A DNA stretch of 64,000 nucleotides from Alphaproteobacteria bacterium (GCA_009781045.1 WQYW01000004.1:49-64048); one strand, 5' to 3'; shown: positions 39,284 to 49,725, counted from the first letter of the stretch. Made by a program: numbers and translations. Notes: generated from the sequence alone by a model not told the origin.

Positions 39284-40930
39284 ATGACGGAGAGGCAGAA
39301 CCAGTACAACACCGGACTGGACAAGACGGACGCCAACTACGTGCCGCTCACACCCTTGAGCTTCATCGCGCGCAGCGCCACCGTCTATCCCAACCACGTC
39401 AGCGCCGTCTATGAAGGCCGCAGCTACACCTGGCGCCAGACCTACACCCGCTGCCGGCGCTTTGCTTCCTATCTCCACGACAAGGGCATCGGCGTTGGCG
39501 ACACCGTAGCCGCCATGCTGCCGAACCTGCCGGCGATGAACGAGCTGCATTTCGCGGTGCCGATGGCTGGTGCCGTTCTCAATGCGCTCAATATCCGCCT
39601 CGATGCTCCGTCCATTGCCTTCCAGCTTGACCATGGCGGAGCCAGGATCATCCTGGTCGATCCCGAGTTCGCCCATATCATCACGGAGGCTCTCAATCTC
39701 ATGACCGGGCCCAGGCCCTTCGTCATCGACGTTGACGATCCCGCGTTCAAGGGCGGCAAACAGATCGGGGAGATCGAGTATGAAGCGGCGCTGGCCCATG
39801 GCGACCCCAACTTCACCATGATCCGCCCCCAGGACGAGTGGGACGCGATTGCGCTGGGATATACATCCGGCACCACGGGCAACCCCAAAGGCGTCGTCAC
39901 CCACCATCGCGGCGCCTATCTCAATGCGGTCAGCAATATCCTTGCCAGCAATCTCGGGCCGCATCCGGTCTATCTCTGGACCCTGCCCATGTTCCACTGC
40001 AATGGCTGGTGCTTCCCCTGGACCATCGCGGCCGCCGCCGGTGTCAATGTCTGCCTGCGCAAGGTTGAGCCGACCAAGATTTTCCAGCTCATCAAGGAAT
40101 TCGGCGTCACCCATATGTGCGGGGCACCCATCGTCTACAATGCGCTGACCAATGCACCCGACGCTCCGAAAGAGCCAGGCCGCATTGTGGTCGGCCTGGT
40201 CGCCGGTGCGCCGCCGCCGGTTGCCGTGATCGAAGGCGCCGAGCGCATCGGCATCAAGATCTCCCATGTCTACGGCCTCACCGAAGTCTACGGCCCGGCC
40301 TCGGTCTGCGCCGAGCAGCCCGGCTGGGACGCGCTGTCACCGAGTGAACGCGCCCGCATGAAGCGTCGACAGGGTGTCCCCTACCCGCTCCAGGAGGCGG
40401 TCACGGTGCTCGATCCGATGAGCATGCAGGAGGTCCCGCATGATGGCGAAACCATCGGTGAGGTGATGTTCCGCGGCAATATCGTGATGAAGGGCTATCT
40501 CAAGAACCCCAACGAAACCAAAGCATCCTTCCGGGGCGGCTGGTTCCATACCGGCGACCTTGGCGTGGTCGACCAGGACGGCTATGTCATAATCAAGGAT
40601 CGCTCCAAGGACATCATCATCTCCGGCGGCGAGAATATTTCCTCGGTCGAGGTCGAGGACGTACTGTTCCGCCACCCCTCGGTTCTGTTTGCCGCCGTGG
40701 TGGCCAAGCCGGATCCGAAATGGGGTGAGGTGCCTTGCGCCTTCGTCGAACTGAAAGAGGGTGCCACCACGACCGAGGAAGAGCTGATCGCCTTCTGCCG
40801 TGCCAGTCTGTCGGGCTTCAAGACCCCTAAATCCGTGGTGTTCGGACCAATCCCGAAAACCTCGACAGGGAAAATCCAGAAGTTCCAGCTGCGCAAGGAC
40901 GCCGGCTCCGCAACCGCGATTACCGGGTAG
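39284..40930 (+). CDS. Acyl-CoA synthetase (AMP-binding family)
   Basis: YTSGTTGNPKG, YGLTE, GWFHTGD, DRSKDIIISGGENIS, PKTSTGKIQK. Confidence 0.97.
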   Translation: MTERQNQYNTGLDKTDANYVPLTPLSFIARSATVYPNHVSAVYEGRSYTWRQTYTRCRRFASYLHDKGIGVGDTVAAMLPNLPAMNELHFAVPMAGAVLNALNIRLDAPSIAFQLDHGGARIILVDPEFAHIITEALNLMTGPRPFVIDVDDPAFKGGKQIGEIEYEAALAHGDPNFTMIRPQDEWDAIALGYTSGTTGNPKGVVTHHRGAYLNAVSNILASNLGPHPVYLWTLPMFHCNGWCFPWTIAAAAGVNVCLRKVEPTKIFQLIKEFGVTHMCGAPIVYNALTNAPDAPKEPGRIVVGLVAGAPPPVAVIEGAERIGIKISHVYGLTEVYGPASVCAEQPGWDALSPSERARMKRRQGVPYPLQEAVTVLDPMSMQEVPHDGETIGEVMFRGNIVMKGYLKNPNETKASFRGGWFHTGDLGVVDQDGYVIIKDRSKDIIISGGENISSVEVEDVLFRHPSVLFAAVVAKPDPKWGEVPCAFVELKEGATTTEEELIAFCRASLSGFKTPKSVVFGPIPKTSTGKIQKFQLRKDAGSATAITG

Positions 40931-41729
40931 ACGCAGGCACCTCGATGCGCATGCCGTTAAAGGCGGGTTCCACGCCTTCCGGCAGCGAGCGCCGCAACTC
41001 TTCGTAATCGACGTCGGCGGTCATATTGGTGATAATCGCGCGCTTCGGCCTGAAGCGCGCGATCCACTCCAGGGCCTGGGCGATCGATAAATGGGTCGGA
41101 TGGCTGGTGTAGCGCAGCCCGTCCACGATCCAGAGGTCGAGATTTTCCAGCGCCGCAAAACTTTCCGGAGGAATGTCGTTGACGTCAGGGGTATAGGCAG
41201 CGTTTCCGATGCGGTAGCCGAGCGCCGGGATCCGGCCATGCTGCACGGCGAAGGCCAGAACCGGCACCCCGCCCCCCGGCCCCATCACTGTCTCATGCTC
41301 ACCAGCCTCAATGCCGTGGCGGGTAAGAATCGGCGGATAGGCGCTGCCCTCCGGGCAGATGAAGCAATAGGAGAACCGCGCCATGATATCGGTAGCGGTC
41401 GACTGGTTGAAGTAGACCGGAATGCAGCGTTTCATAGAGAGCACGACCGAGCGCAGATCGTCCATGCCGTGGGTCTGGTCGGCATGTTCATGGGTCAGGA
41501 AGACGGCGTCGATGTGATCGACATTGGTCGCCAGCAGCTGCTCGCGCAGATCCGGTGAAGTGTCGATCACCACCCGCGTGGTGCCGGAATCGGCGACCCG
41601 CTCGATCATCAGCGAGCAGCGGCGACGGCGATTCTTCGGATTATTGGGATCGCAGACCCCCCAGCCCAGTGCGGGGCGGGGCACCCCCGCCGATGAGCCA
41701 CAGCCCAGGATGGTCAGCGCCAGTGTCAT
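40920..41729 (-). CDS. MBL-fold metallo-hydrolase (PhnP/YycJ-like)
   Basis: ILGCGSSAGVP, THEHADQTHG, AYTPD; TGATG coupling to tatD. Confidence 0.95.
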   Translation of the reverse strand: MTLALTILGCGSSAGVPRPALGWGVCDPNNPKNRRRRCSLMIERVADSGTTRVVIDTSPDLREQLLATNVDHIDAVFLTHEHADQTHGMDDLRSVVLSMKRCIPVYFNQSTATDIMARFSYCFICPEGSAYPPILTRHGIEAGEHETVMGPGGGVPVLAFAVQHGRIPALGYRIGNAAYTPDVNDIPPESFAALENLDLWIVDGLRYTSHPTHLSIAQALEWIARFRPKRAIITNMTADVDYEELRRSLPEGVEPAFNGMRIEVPASTR

Positions 41730-42544
41730 CACGCGGCCTGGGGTACCCGGGAAAACAGCCGGAAGAAATTTTCGGTGGTGGTCCGCGAAATTTCTGCCAG
41801 CGAAACGCCCCGCACCTCGGCCAGCACCCGTGCCACCTCGACGACATAAGCCGGTTCATTGCGCTTGCCGCGGAATTTCTCGGGTGCGAGATAGGGCGAA
41901 TCGGTCTCCACCAGGATGCGGTCCGAAGGCAGTTCGGCTGCAATTTCACGCAACCGGTCGGAAGCCCTGAAGGTCAGGATGCCGGTAAAGGAGATCGTCA
42001 GGCCAAGTGCCACTGCCCTGAGCGCCAGTTCCCGGCCTCCGGTGAAACAGTGGATCAGGGCGCGAAACGGCCCCTTCCCCATCTCCTCCTCGAGAATGCG
42101 GATACAGTCGTCATCGGCATCGCGGGTGTGGATGATGAGCGGCAACCCGGTCGCCCGGGCGGCAGTGATATGGGCACGAAACCCGCGTGCCTGCGCCTCC
42201 GGCGTGCCGAATTTGTGGAAATAGTCGAGCCCGGCCTCGCCAAAGGCCACAATCTTGGGATGGCGACGGGAAGCCGCGATCAGTTCGTCCGGGGTTATGC
42301 CGTCCTCCTCATCGGCGTGGTGGGGATGGGTCCCGACTGAGCAGTAGACATTGTCGAAACGATCCACGATCGCAAGCAGCGCATCCAGCCGCCGCACCCG
42401 CGTCGACACCGAAACCATGCGGCCGACGCCCGCGGCCGCCGCGCGCGCGACGATGCCGTCGACATCGGCGGCAAATTTCGGGAACTCGAGGTGGCAATGG
42501 CTGTCGACCAGCATCACCGCATCCATCTTCTGATCCATCGTCAC
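41729..42544 (-). CDS. tatD: TatD-family hydrolase
   Basis: [35 protein letters not shown]. Confidence 0.96.
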   Translation of the reverse strand: MTMDQKMDAVMLVDSHCHLEFPKFAADVDGIVARAAAAGVGRMVSVSTRVRRLDALLAIVDRFDNVYCSVGTHPHHADEEDGITPDELIAASRRHPKIVAFGEAGLDYFHKFGTPEAQARGFRAHITAARATGLPLIIHTRDADDDCIRILEEEMGKGPFRALIHCFTGGRELALRAVALGLTISFTGILTFRASDRLREIAAELPSDRILVETDSPYLAPEKFRGKRNEPAYVVEVARVLAEVRGVSLAEISRTTTENFFRLFSRVPQAA

Positions 42545-44592
42545 AAAACCTGCGTCTTCGGCTCCACGTAACGGGGAAAGGCCGGTGTTGGAGCCGGAAA
42601 CTGTGTCCCCGGCGCGATGCGCACGCTCCCGCCGAGCATGCCGAAGTGACGCTCGTCGGCACCGATCCCGAGACTGTCGAGCAATTTACCCGCCCCCAGA
42701 GGCACCACCGGCTGGGCCAGGATCGCGATCTGGCGCACCACTTCGGCGGTGACATAGAGCACCGTCTTCTGCCGGGCCGGATCGGTTTTCGCCAGCGCCC
42801 AGGGCGCCTGATTGGCGAAATAGCGGTTGGCTTCGGCCACCGTCGCCCACACCACATTCAGCCACTGATGAATCTGCTGGGTCGCCATGGCCTCGCGCGA
42901 CAGCGCGATCATGGCGTCGGCCTGCGCCAGCATGGCTTCGTCGGCCTCGGAAAATTCCCCTGGCTCAGGCAGCCCACCGTCATATTGCTTGCCGATCATC
43001 GACAGCGAGCGCTGTGCGAGATTGCCAAGATCATTGGCGAGATCGGCATTGGTGCGGGTGACAATGGCCTCATGGTTGCAGTGACCATCCTGCCCGAACG
43101 GCATCTCACGCAGGAAGAAATAGCGCAGCTGGTCGACGCCATACTGATCGGCGAGATCAAAGGGATCGACGACATTGCCGGTCGTCTTCGACATCTTCTC
43201 GCCCCGACTGAGCAGGAAGCCATGGGCGAAAACCCGCTTCGGCAACGGCAGGCCAGCCGACATCAGGAAGGCCGGCCAATACACCGTATGAAACTTGATG
43301 ATGTCCTTGCCGATAATATGCACGTCGGCCGGCCAGAAATTCCAGTTGCCGTCGTTTTCGTCCGGGAATCCGATGCCCGTGAGATAGTTGGTGAGGGCAT
43401 CAACCCAGACATACATCACATGGTCTTTGCTCTCCGGCACCTTGACGCCCCAGTCGAAGGTGGTGCGGGAGATCGACAGGTCCCGCAGACCGCGCCTGAC
43501 GAAACTGAGAACCTCGCTGCGTCCCGAGTCCGGCCCTATAAAGTCCGGATGCTCTTCATAGAGCTTGAGCAAACGATGCTGGTAGGCTGAGAGGCGGAAG
43601 AAATAGCTCTCTTCCTCGACCCACTCCACCGGCGTATTCTGGTCTCCCCCCCGCCGCACGCCATCGGCGTCGACATGGGTTTCATCCTCTTTGTAATAGG
43701 CCTCGTCACGCACCGAGTACCAGCCGGCATAACTGTCGAGATAGATGTCGCCATTGGCCTGCATGCGCTGCCAGACCTCCTGGGTGGCACGATGATGCTG
43801 CTCCTCCGTGGTGCGGATGAAGCGGTCAAAGGAGACATGGAGGCGCTCGTCCATGTCGCGGAAACGGGCGGTGTTGCGGGCCGAAAGTGCCGCCGGCGTC
43901 AATCCCTCGGCTTGCGCGGTCTTGATCATTTTCAGACCGTGCTCGTCGGTTCCCGTCAGGAAGAAGACGTCCTTGCCGTCGAGCCGCGCGAAGCGCGCCA
44001 GCGCGTCGGTTGCGACCGCCTCATAGGCGTGACCGATATGGGGATTGCCATTCGGGTAGGCGATGGCTGTGGTGATGTAGAAGGAATTGGGGCGGCGACA
44101 AACTGTTCCCGCCGGCGTTCCCGCTGCGCTTTGCGACAGAGTGCGCACCGCTCCCCGTGGCGCTGCAGACGTGCGCGGAGTGCTGGCGGTGGCCTTGGTC
44201 CTGACAACGGTCGTCGACCGGCGGCTGGCACCCCGGGGAGCTGTCTGGCGCGAGGTTGATCGGGTACTGGTCCTGGTCGCCGCAGCCTTGGTCGCCCTGG
44301 TCGTACCGCGTGCTGCGGTCTTGCCCGCAGCCGCCTTGCGGCCGGTCGCAGCTTTTCTGGCCGTTGTCTTCGCCGCTTTGGCCGCCTTCGACCGCGCTGG
44401 CCGACCCGAGACCTTCTTCGCCGAGGCCTTCCGTGACACTGCCTTGGCGGCCTTCTGTGCCGGAGGCTTCCTTTTTGCTGCAACCTTTTTCTTCGCGGCG
44501 CCCTTCTTTGCGGACGCTTTCTTGCGTGAGACGCCGGCAGCTGTTTTGCCGGCTGTCTTGCGTTTAACGGTTTTCTTAGCGCGCGTTGCCAC
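42541..44592 (-). CDS. metG: Methionine--tRNA ligase with a basic N-terminal extension
   Basis: [17 protein letters not shown] (HIGH), TGTDEHG, YVWVDAL, GKDI, KMSKT; start GTG 44592 or 44595 after AAAGGA; ~165 aa K/A/R/T-rich N-terminus. Confidence 0.96.
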   Translation of the reverse strand: MATRAKKTVKRKTAGKTAAGVSRKKASAKKGAAKKKVAAKRKPPAQKAAKAVSRKASAKKVSGRPARSKAAKAAKTTARKAATGRKAAAGKTAARGTTRATKAAATRTSTRSTSRQTAPRGASRRSTTVVRTKATASTPRTSAAPRGAVRTLSQSAAGTPAGTVCRRPNSFYITTAIAYPNGNPHIGHAYEAVATDALARFARLDGKDVFFLTGTDEHGLKMIKTAQAEGLTPAALSARNTARFRDMDERLHVSFDRFIRTTEEQHHRATQEVWQRMQANGDIYLDSYAGWYSVRDEAYYKEDETHVDADGVRRGGDQNTPVEWVEEESYFFRLSAYQHRLLKLYEEHPDFIGPDSGRSEVLSFVRRGLRDLSISRTTFDWGVKVPESKDHVMYVWVDALTNYLTGIGFPDENDGNWNFWPADVHIIGKDIIKFHTVYWPAFLMSAGLPLPKRVFAHGFLLSRGEKMSKTTGNVVDPFDLADQYGVDQLRYFFLREMPFGQDGHCNHEAIVTRTNADLANDLGNLAQRSLSMIGKQYDGGLPEPGEFSEADEAMLAQADAMIALSREAMATQQIHQWLNVVWATVAEANRYFANQAPWALAKTDPARQKTVLYVTAEVVRQIAILAQPVVPLGAGKLLDSLGIGADERHFGMLGGSVRIAPGTQFPAPTPAFPRYVEPKTQVL

Positions 44593-44749
44593 CACGAATT
44601 CCTTTGCAGCTGGAAAAATGTCAGAACCGGTCAAACCTGCCCCAGATGAAGCTGAACGCGAACCAGACGGCTCCAGGATCAAGACCGGCTCATTGGCTCA
44701 AACCTGTCGGGCAGACTTGATGTCGGGAAAAATCGAGCGAGGCTTTTCC

Positions 44750-45811
44750 TCAATCTGCGTGCTGAACCGCCTGCGCAAGCCAGCCGAAGACCGAAAGAAT
44801 CAGCGGCTTCCGGTCCAGATTATAGGCTTCGACGTCACGCGCGGCGCGGACGATCTTTTCCCATACCTCCGCCAGCCGTGCAAGATGGGGCAGTTTTTCA
44901 TTGGTACAGTCACTGAGCTGCCCAGTGATCCAGCGCTCGATGCCGTCAACAAAGACAGCAAGCGCCGCCCGGTCGGCGCTGCCGAGGCTGTCCCCCAAGG
45001 CATGCATCTCTGCGCCATCGACCTGCGGCAGCCTGGCGAGCAAAGCCGCGACGCGCTGCTGCAGCTCCAGGGCACCTCCGCCCATCAGGGTCAGTGCCTG
45101 GGCGACACGCCCCTCTGAGGCCTCGGCTGCGTCCCGCAGATGTGGATCGTTGGCATCCAGCGCTGCCGCGGTCGCCGCCGCTCGAATCACATCCGGCACC
45201 AAAAGCGGCCGCAGGCGAAGCCTGCGACAGCGCGATTTGATCGTTGCCAGAGCACGTGCGGGGGAGTTGCTGACCAGGAGGAACAGGGATCGCCGCGGTG
45301 GCTCCTCAAGCGCCTTGAGCAGCGCATTGGCCGCGTTGTCATTGAGTTCATCAACCGTATCAACGATGCAGACCCGCCATCCCTCGCCAGAAGCGGTGGC
45401 TCCGAAGAAGGGAATTACCCCACGGCTCTCTTCCACCCGGATCACCGTGTAGAGTTCACCGGTTTTCTTCTTCTCGTTCTCGACCCGCTCGATCGCCAGC
45501 AGCGCGCCATGTGCGCCGGACGCCACCTGATGCGCCACTGGGTGATTCGGATCAACCGCCAGGGATTCAGCCCGTTGCACCGCAGGCGAAGAGGGCTCGC
45601 CATGGGCGAGCACGAAGCGCGCCATCCGATAGGCCAGCGTCGCTTTGCCAATGCCTTGCGGCCCTTCTATCAGCCAGGCATGGGCAATGCGGCCGCTGCG
45701 GTAGGCGTCGAGCATCATGGTCTCGGCATCACCATGACCGAACAGACAGTCTGTCTGCCGCGGAAGCCTGATCGAAAGGGCAGGCTCGCTCTTCTTGCGG
45801 GGAGCTTTCAA
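44750..45811 (-). CDS. holB: DNA polymerase III subunit delta'
   Basis: HAWLIEGPQGIGKATLAY, CIVDTVDELNDNAANALLKALEEPP, TIKSRC; overlaps the tmk stop. Confidence 0.96.
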   Translation of the reverse strand: MKAPRKKSEPALSIRLPRQTDCLFGHGDAETMMLDAYRSGRIAHAWLIEGPQGIGKATLAYRMARFVLAHGEPSSPAVQRAESLAVDPNHPVAHQVASGAHGALLAIERVENEKKKTGELYTVIRVEESRGVIPFFGATASGEGWRVCIVDTVDELNDNAANALLKALEEPPRRSLFLLVSNSPARALATIKSRCRRLRLRPLLVPDVIRAAATAAALDANDPHLRDAAEASEGRVAQALTLMGGGALELQQRVAALLARLPQVDGAEMHALGDSLGSADRAALAVFVDGIERWITGQLSDCTNEKLPHLARLAEVWEKIVRAARDVEAYNLDRKPLILSVFGWLAQAVQHAD

Positions 45812-48468
45812 GGGCCGACCTCCGCGGGCACCGCTTCAGCCCTCTCTGCCACCTGCACCTCTTTGGCTTTCCCGGCCGTGGGCTCCTCATTGGCCTTCTC
45901 AGCGGCAGGCACCTCTTTGGCCTGCCCGGCCACGGGCACTTCGCCATCCTTCCCATCTGCGGGAACTTCAACGGCCTTCTCAACCGTGGGGACTTCTTCG
46001 GGCTTGTCGGTCACAGGCCCCTCGTCCGCCTTCCCGGAAGCGGGCACCTCACCGGCCTTCTCCGCCAGGGGCGCCTCTTCGGCCTTTTCGGTCACCTGCG
46101 CCTGTTCGGGCATCCCGGCAACGGGCACTCCGCCATCTTTCCCATCTGCGGGAACTTCAACGGCCTTCTCAACCGTGGGGACCTCTTCGGGCTTGTCGGT
46201 CACAGGCCCCTCGTCCGCCTTCCCGGAAGCGGGCACCTCACCAGCCTTCTCAACCGTGGGCGCTTCTTCGGCCTTTTCGGTCACCTGCGCCTGTTCGGGC
46301 ATCCCGGCAACGGGCACTTCGCCCTCGTTCCTGACTGCGGGAACTTCAACGGCCTTCTCAACCGTGGGGACCTCTTCGGGCTTGTCGGTCACAGGCCTCT
46401 CGTCCGCCTTCCCGGAAGCGGGCACCTCACCGGCCTTCTCAACCGCGGGCGCCTCTTCGGGCTTTTTGGTCACCTGCGCCTGTTCGGGCTTGTCGGTCAC
46501 AGGCCCCTCACCTGCCTTCCCGGTTTCCTGCTCCTCGACGGCCTGCTCGGCCACCTGATTGGTGGGGTTGCCGTCCGGTCCTTCCGGGCTGATTTTGATT
46601 GGAAGACGTTCTTGCACCAGCTCCCAGACGCGTTCGGCAACCGCCTCGGCGCTGTCGCTGGCATCGACCAGGGCACAGCGCCCAGGCTCTTCTGCGGCAA
46701 TGCTGCGAAAGGCATAGCGCAAGCGCTGGTGGAATTCGGCATCCTCGGCCTCGAAGCGGTCCGGAGTGTCTTTGCCACGGCGTGCGGTAGCACGCTGCAA
46801 TCCGATTTCGACCGGAAGGTCCAGAACGATCGTGAGATCCGGCTTCAGATCCCCGATCGTGACCCGTTGGAGCGATTCAATGAGGTCCGTGGACACCCGC
46901 CCAAGGCTGCCCTGATAGGCCCGCGTCGAGTCAGAGAAGCGATCGCACAGAACCCAGCTTCCTGCTTCCAGGGCTGGCAGGATAACCTGATGGACATGAT
47001 CGTCCCGCGCCGCCGCGAACAACAGCGCCTCAGCCTCCGGCCCGAACTGCTTTCCTACCCCTGAGAGCAGTACATGGCGCATGATTTCCGCTCCGGCGGA
47101 ACCACCAGGTTCACGGGTGGTGACAGTCCTGTATCCGGCGGCGTTCAGTCGATCAGCAAGTATCCTGATCTGGGTCGACTTGCCGGTCCCCTCGCCCCCC
47201 TCAAAGGTGATGAATGGCGCACGCGCCGGCTTGTCGTCTGGTTTTTTTCTCGTCAAGGCAGAGCGAATGGTCGAGGGAAGTCTGCGCAGGCTGTCTTTGA
47301 CACTGCGGAGCACCAGAAAAGATCGAAGCTTCGCGCGCCTTTTGGTTCGAGCCGCCTGCCGCCGCAATCTTTTCTGGATCCGCCTGCGCCGCCTGTTGAT
47401 GCGGCGGATCACCACAGCAGATCGCATCATCGCCTGTCTGGTGGTGCGTGCCAGCTGCCGCCGCAACCGTTGCTGAAGCCGCCGGCGCTTTCTGTTGATT
47501 CTGCGGAGTACCAGAGCAGATCGAAGCATCAGGCGTTGGGAAGCTCGAGCCACCTGCCGGGCCACCCGAACAGATCGAAACACCAAACGTCGAACGGTTC
47601 GCGCCAACTGCCGGCGCAACCGTTGCTGAAGCCGCCGGCGCCTTCTGTTGATGCGGCGGAGCACCAGAGCAGATCGAAGCATCAGATGTCGGGCGATTCG
47701 TGCCAGATGCTGGGCTGTCAGAGCGGTTCGGCGTCTTGTGCGCCGGGCGGTTCGGGCCAACTGGCGCTGCAGCCTTTCCCGGATCCGCCATTCCTTGCGC
47801 TTGCGGTTGATGGCCTGGGCCGTCAGAGCAGTTCGGCGTCTTGTGCGCCGGACGGTTCGGGCCAACTGGCGCTGCAGCCTTTCCCGGATCCGCCATTCCT
47901 TGCGCTTGCGGTTGATGGCCTGGGCCGTCAGAGCCGTTCGACGCCTTGTGCGCCGGGCGGTGCGTGCCAGTTGCCGCTGCAGTCTTTCCCCGATCCGCCA
48001 CTCCTGACGTTTGTGGTTGATGGCCTGGGTCGTCAGAACAATTCGACGCCTTGTGCGCCGGGCGGTGCGTGCCAGTTGTCGCTGCAGTCTTTCCCCGATC
48101 CTCCACTCCTGGCGTTTGCGGTTGATGGCCTGGGTCGTCAGAACAGTTCGACGGCTTGTGCGTCGGGCAGTTCGCGCCAGATTTCGCTGCAGTCTTTCCC
48201 CGATCCGCCATTCCTTGCGCTTGCGGTTGATTGCCCGGGCCACCACAGCAGTTCGACGCTTCGTGCGCCGGGCGGCTCGTGCCAGTTCGATGCGCCTCTG
48301 CCGGATGCTGCGGGCTACCAGAACAGATCGAAGCATCAAACGCCGGGTGGTTCGAGCCACCTGGTGCCGCCATGCTGACGGGATCCGCCATTGGGTGCGC
48401 AGTTTGTTGATGGCGTCGAGCATCCTGGAAAAACTGCGCTTGAGCGTGTCTGGAAAAGTTGATGGCAT
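45808..48468 (-). CDS. tmk: Thymidylate kinase with long N-terminal Arg-rich and C-terminal acidic repeat extensions
   Basis: Core at 46601..47214: FITFEGGEGTGKST, REPGG, LCDRF.DST.AYQG, PDLTIVLD, DRFE. The frame is open from the dacA stop to holB (ATG 48468; TTG 48480 alternative). Confidence 0.93.
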   Translation of the reverse strand: MPSTFPDTLKRSFSRMLDAINKLRTQWRIPSAWRHQVARTTRRLMLRSVLVARSIRQRRIELARAARRTKRRTAVVARAINRKRKEWRIGERLQRNLARTARRTSRRTVLTTQAINRKRQEWRIGERLQRQLARTARRTRRRIVLTTQAINHKRQEWRIGERLQRQLARTARRTRRRTALTAQAINRKRKEWRIRERLQRQLARTVRRTRRRTALTAQAINRKRKEWRIRERLQRQLARTARRTRRRTALTAQHLARIARHLMLRSALVLRRINRRRRRLQQRLRRQLARTVRRLVFRSVRVARQVARASQRLMLRSALVLRRINRKRRRLQQRLRRQLARTTRQAMMRSAVVIRRINRRRRRIQKRLRRQAARTKRRAKLRSFLVLRSVKDSLRRLPSTIRSALTRKKPDDKPARAPFITFEGGEGTGKSTQIRILADRLNAAGYRTVTTREPGGSAGAEIMRHVLLSGVGKQFGPEAEALLFAAARDDHVHQVILPALEAGSWVLCDRFSDSTRAYQGSLGRVSTDLIESLQRVTIGDLKPDLTIVLDLPVEIGLQRATARRGKDTPDRFEAEDAEFHQRLRYAFRSIAAEEPGRCALVDASDSAEAVAERVWELVQERLPIKISPEGPDGNPTNQVAEQAVEEQETGKAGEGPVTDKPEQAQVTKKPEEAPAVEKAGEVPASGKADERPVTDKPEEVPTVEKAVEVPAVRNEGEVPVAGMPEQAQVTEKAEEAPTVEKAGEVPASGKADEGPVTDKPEEVPTVEKAVEVPADGKDGGVPVAGMPEQAQVTEKAEEAPLAEKAGEVPASGKADEGPVTDKPEEVPTVEKAVEVPADGKDGEVPVAGQAKEVPAAEKANEEPTAGKAKEVQVAERAEAVPAEVGP
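45900..46510 (-). repeat. 189-bp x ~3 tandem repeat (63 aa; 7 x 9-aa subrepeats) in the tmk 3' extension
   Basis: gggaacttcaacggccttc recurs at 45961, 46150 and 46339; Lys falls every 9 residues. Confidence 0.95.
47340..48300 (-). repeat. 105-bp x 5 tandem repeat (35 aa) plus ~3 diverged units in the tmk 5' extension
   Basis: ctggcgctgcagcc at 47761 and 47866; unit TALTAQAINRKRKEWRIRERLQRQLARTVRRTRRR. Confidence 0.95.
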
Positions 48469-48480
48469 TGGCGGCAACAA

Positions 48481-49725
48481 TCAGAACCTGCTGATTCCGG
48501 CGTGGAAGGTTCCGACCACAAGCTCGCTGATGCCATCGATCGCACGGCTCAAAGTTGATCCGGTGCCGATGCTCTCGGCCGCGTAAAGCGGCGTCTCCAC
48601 TGCGAGATTGCCGGCGCGCAGGATCCTGACCATCCCGATCGGCTGCCCCTCCTGAATCGGCGCCTGCACCGGCCCCTTGTAGACGATGCGCGCGGTCAAA
48701 CGCTCACCGCCGGTCTTGCGCACCATCACCGCAACCGGTGTATGGCTGGCGAGCTTGACCCAGCCGTTGTCGCCACCAAAGACACGCGCATAGCCCAGCA
48801 CCTGATCGGGATTGAACATGGTCCTGGTTTCAAAGCTGCGAAAGCCCCACTCCAGCATCTTCTTGGCCTCCGATGCGCGGTCCTCGGGACTTTCGAGGCC
48901 ATTGACGACAACAATGAGGCGGACGCCATTCTGCACCGCCGACCCAGCCATGCCATAGCCCCCGTCATTGGTGAAGCCGGTCTTGACCCCGTCGGCCGAC
49001 TCCATCGAGTTCAAGAGTGGATTGCGATTGAACTGACGAATCTTGTTCCAGGTGAACTCCTTTTCGCCGAAGATTTTGTAGAAATCCGGGTGCTCAAGGA
49101 TGATGTGGCGCGCCAGCTGCGCCAGTTCCCGGACCGTCATCTTGTTGCCGGGGTCCGGCAGGCCGTTTGAATTGGCAAAAGTCGATTTCACCAGGCCCAG
49201 CCCACGGGCCCGTTTGGTCATAAAATTGGCGGCGAAGGCGGCCTCACTGCCGGCCAGCCCCTCGGCAAGTGCGATACAGGCATCGTTCCCGCTCGGGATG
49301 ATCGCTCCATGAAGCAGATCACTCACCGACACCTTGCTGTTGATGGCGGCAAACATTGTCGATCCACGCGAGGGAGCCCCCCCTCTCCTCCAGGCATTTT
49401 CACTGATCCGATATTCGTCAGTCGGTTTGATCTCGCCTTTCTGGATGGCATCAAAGAAGACCTCTGCGGTCATCATCTTCATCATGCTGGAAGGGGGACG
49501 CAGCTGATCGGCGTTTTTCTCAAACAAAACCGCTCCGCTGGAGGCCTCGATCAGGATCGCGGTCGGGGCGTCACCCTCGAACCCACCGTCTTCCTTCTTG
49601 GCCCCTTGAACACTCTGATTGGCGGCATGAAGCACTCCCGCCCAGCCCAGGCCCGCTGCAACGCAAAGCGCAAGAAGCCCCGGCAGCAGCCGGCTGCGGT
49701 GGATGGATGATCGTTCGAATGCCAT
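48481..49725 (-). CDS. D-alanyl-D-alanine carboxypeptidase (PBP5/6 family)
   Basis: PSSMMK (SxxK), SGND (SxN), KTG triad; N-terminal signal/TM segment. Confidence 0.96.
   Translation of the reverse strand: MAFERSSIHRSRLLPGLLALCVAAGLGWAGVLHAANQSVQGAKKEDGGFEGDAPTAILIEASSGAVLFEKNADQLRPPSSMMKMMTAEVFFDAIQKGEIKPTDEYRISENAWRRGGAPSRGSTMFAAINSKVSVSDLLHGAIIPSGNDACIALAEGLAGSEAAFAANFMTKRARGLGLVKSTFANSNGLPDPGNKMTVRELAQLARHIILEHPDFYKIFGEKEFTWNKIRQFNRNPLLNSMESADGVKTGFTNDGGYGMAGSAVQNGVRLIVVVNGLESPEDRASEAKKMLEWGFRSFETRTMFNPDQVLGYARVFGGDNGWVKLASHTPVAVMVRKTGGERLTARIVYKGPVQAPIQEGQPIGMVRILRAGNLAVETPLYAAESIGTGSTLSRAIDGISELVVGTFHAGISRF

Noticed and set aside
45140-46558. 472-aa Ser/Ala/Thr-rich plus-strand ORF
   Set aside because: Antisense shadow of holB and the acidic tmk repeats.
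45900-48300. Tandem repeats as a possible CRISPR array
   Set aside because: Units are contiguous codon-multiple repeats without unique spacers, and no cas genes are present. No CRISPR array was seen anywhere in the window.
47074-48391. Alternative long ORFs over the tmk N-terminal repeat (47074..48378 +, 47201..48391 -)
   Set aside because: Shadow frames kept open by the repeat; the Arg-rich frame has the G/C-ending codon bias and is contiguous with the Tmk core.
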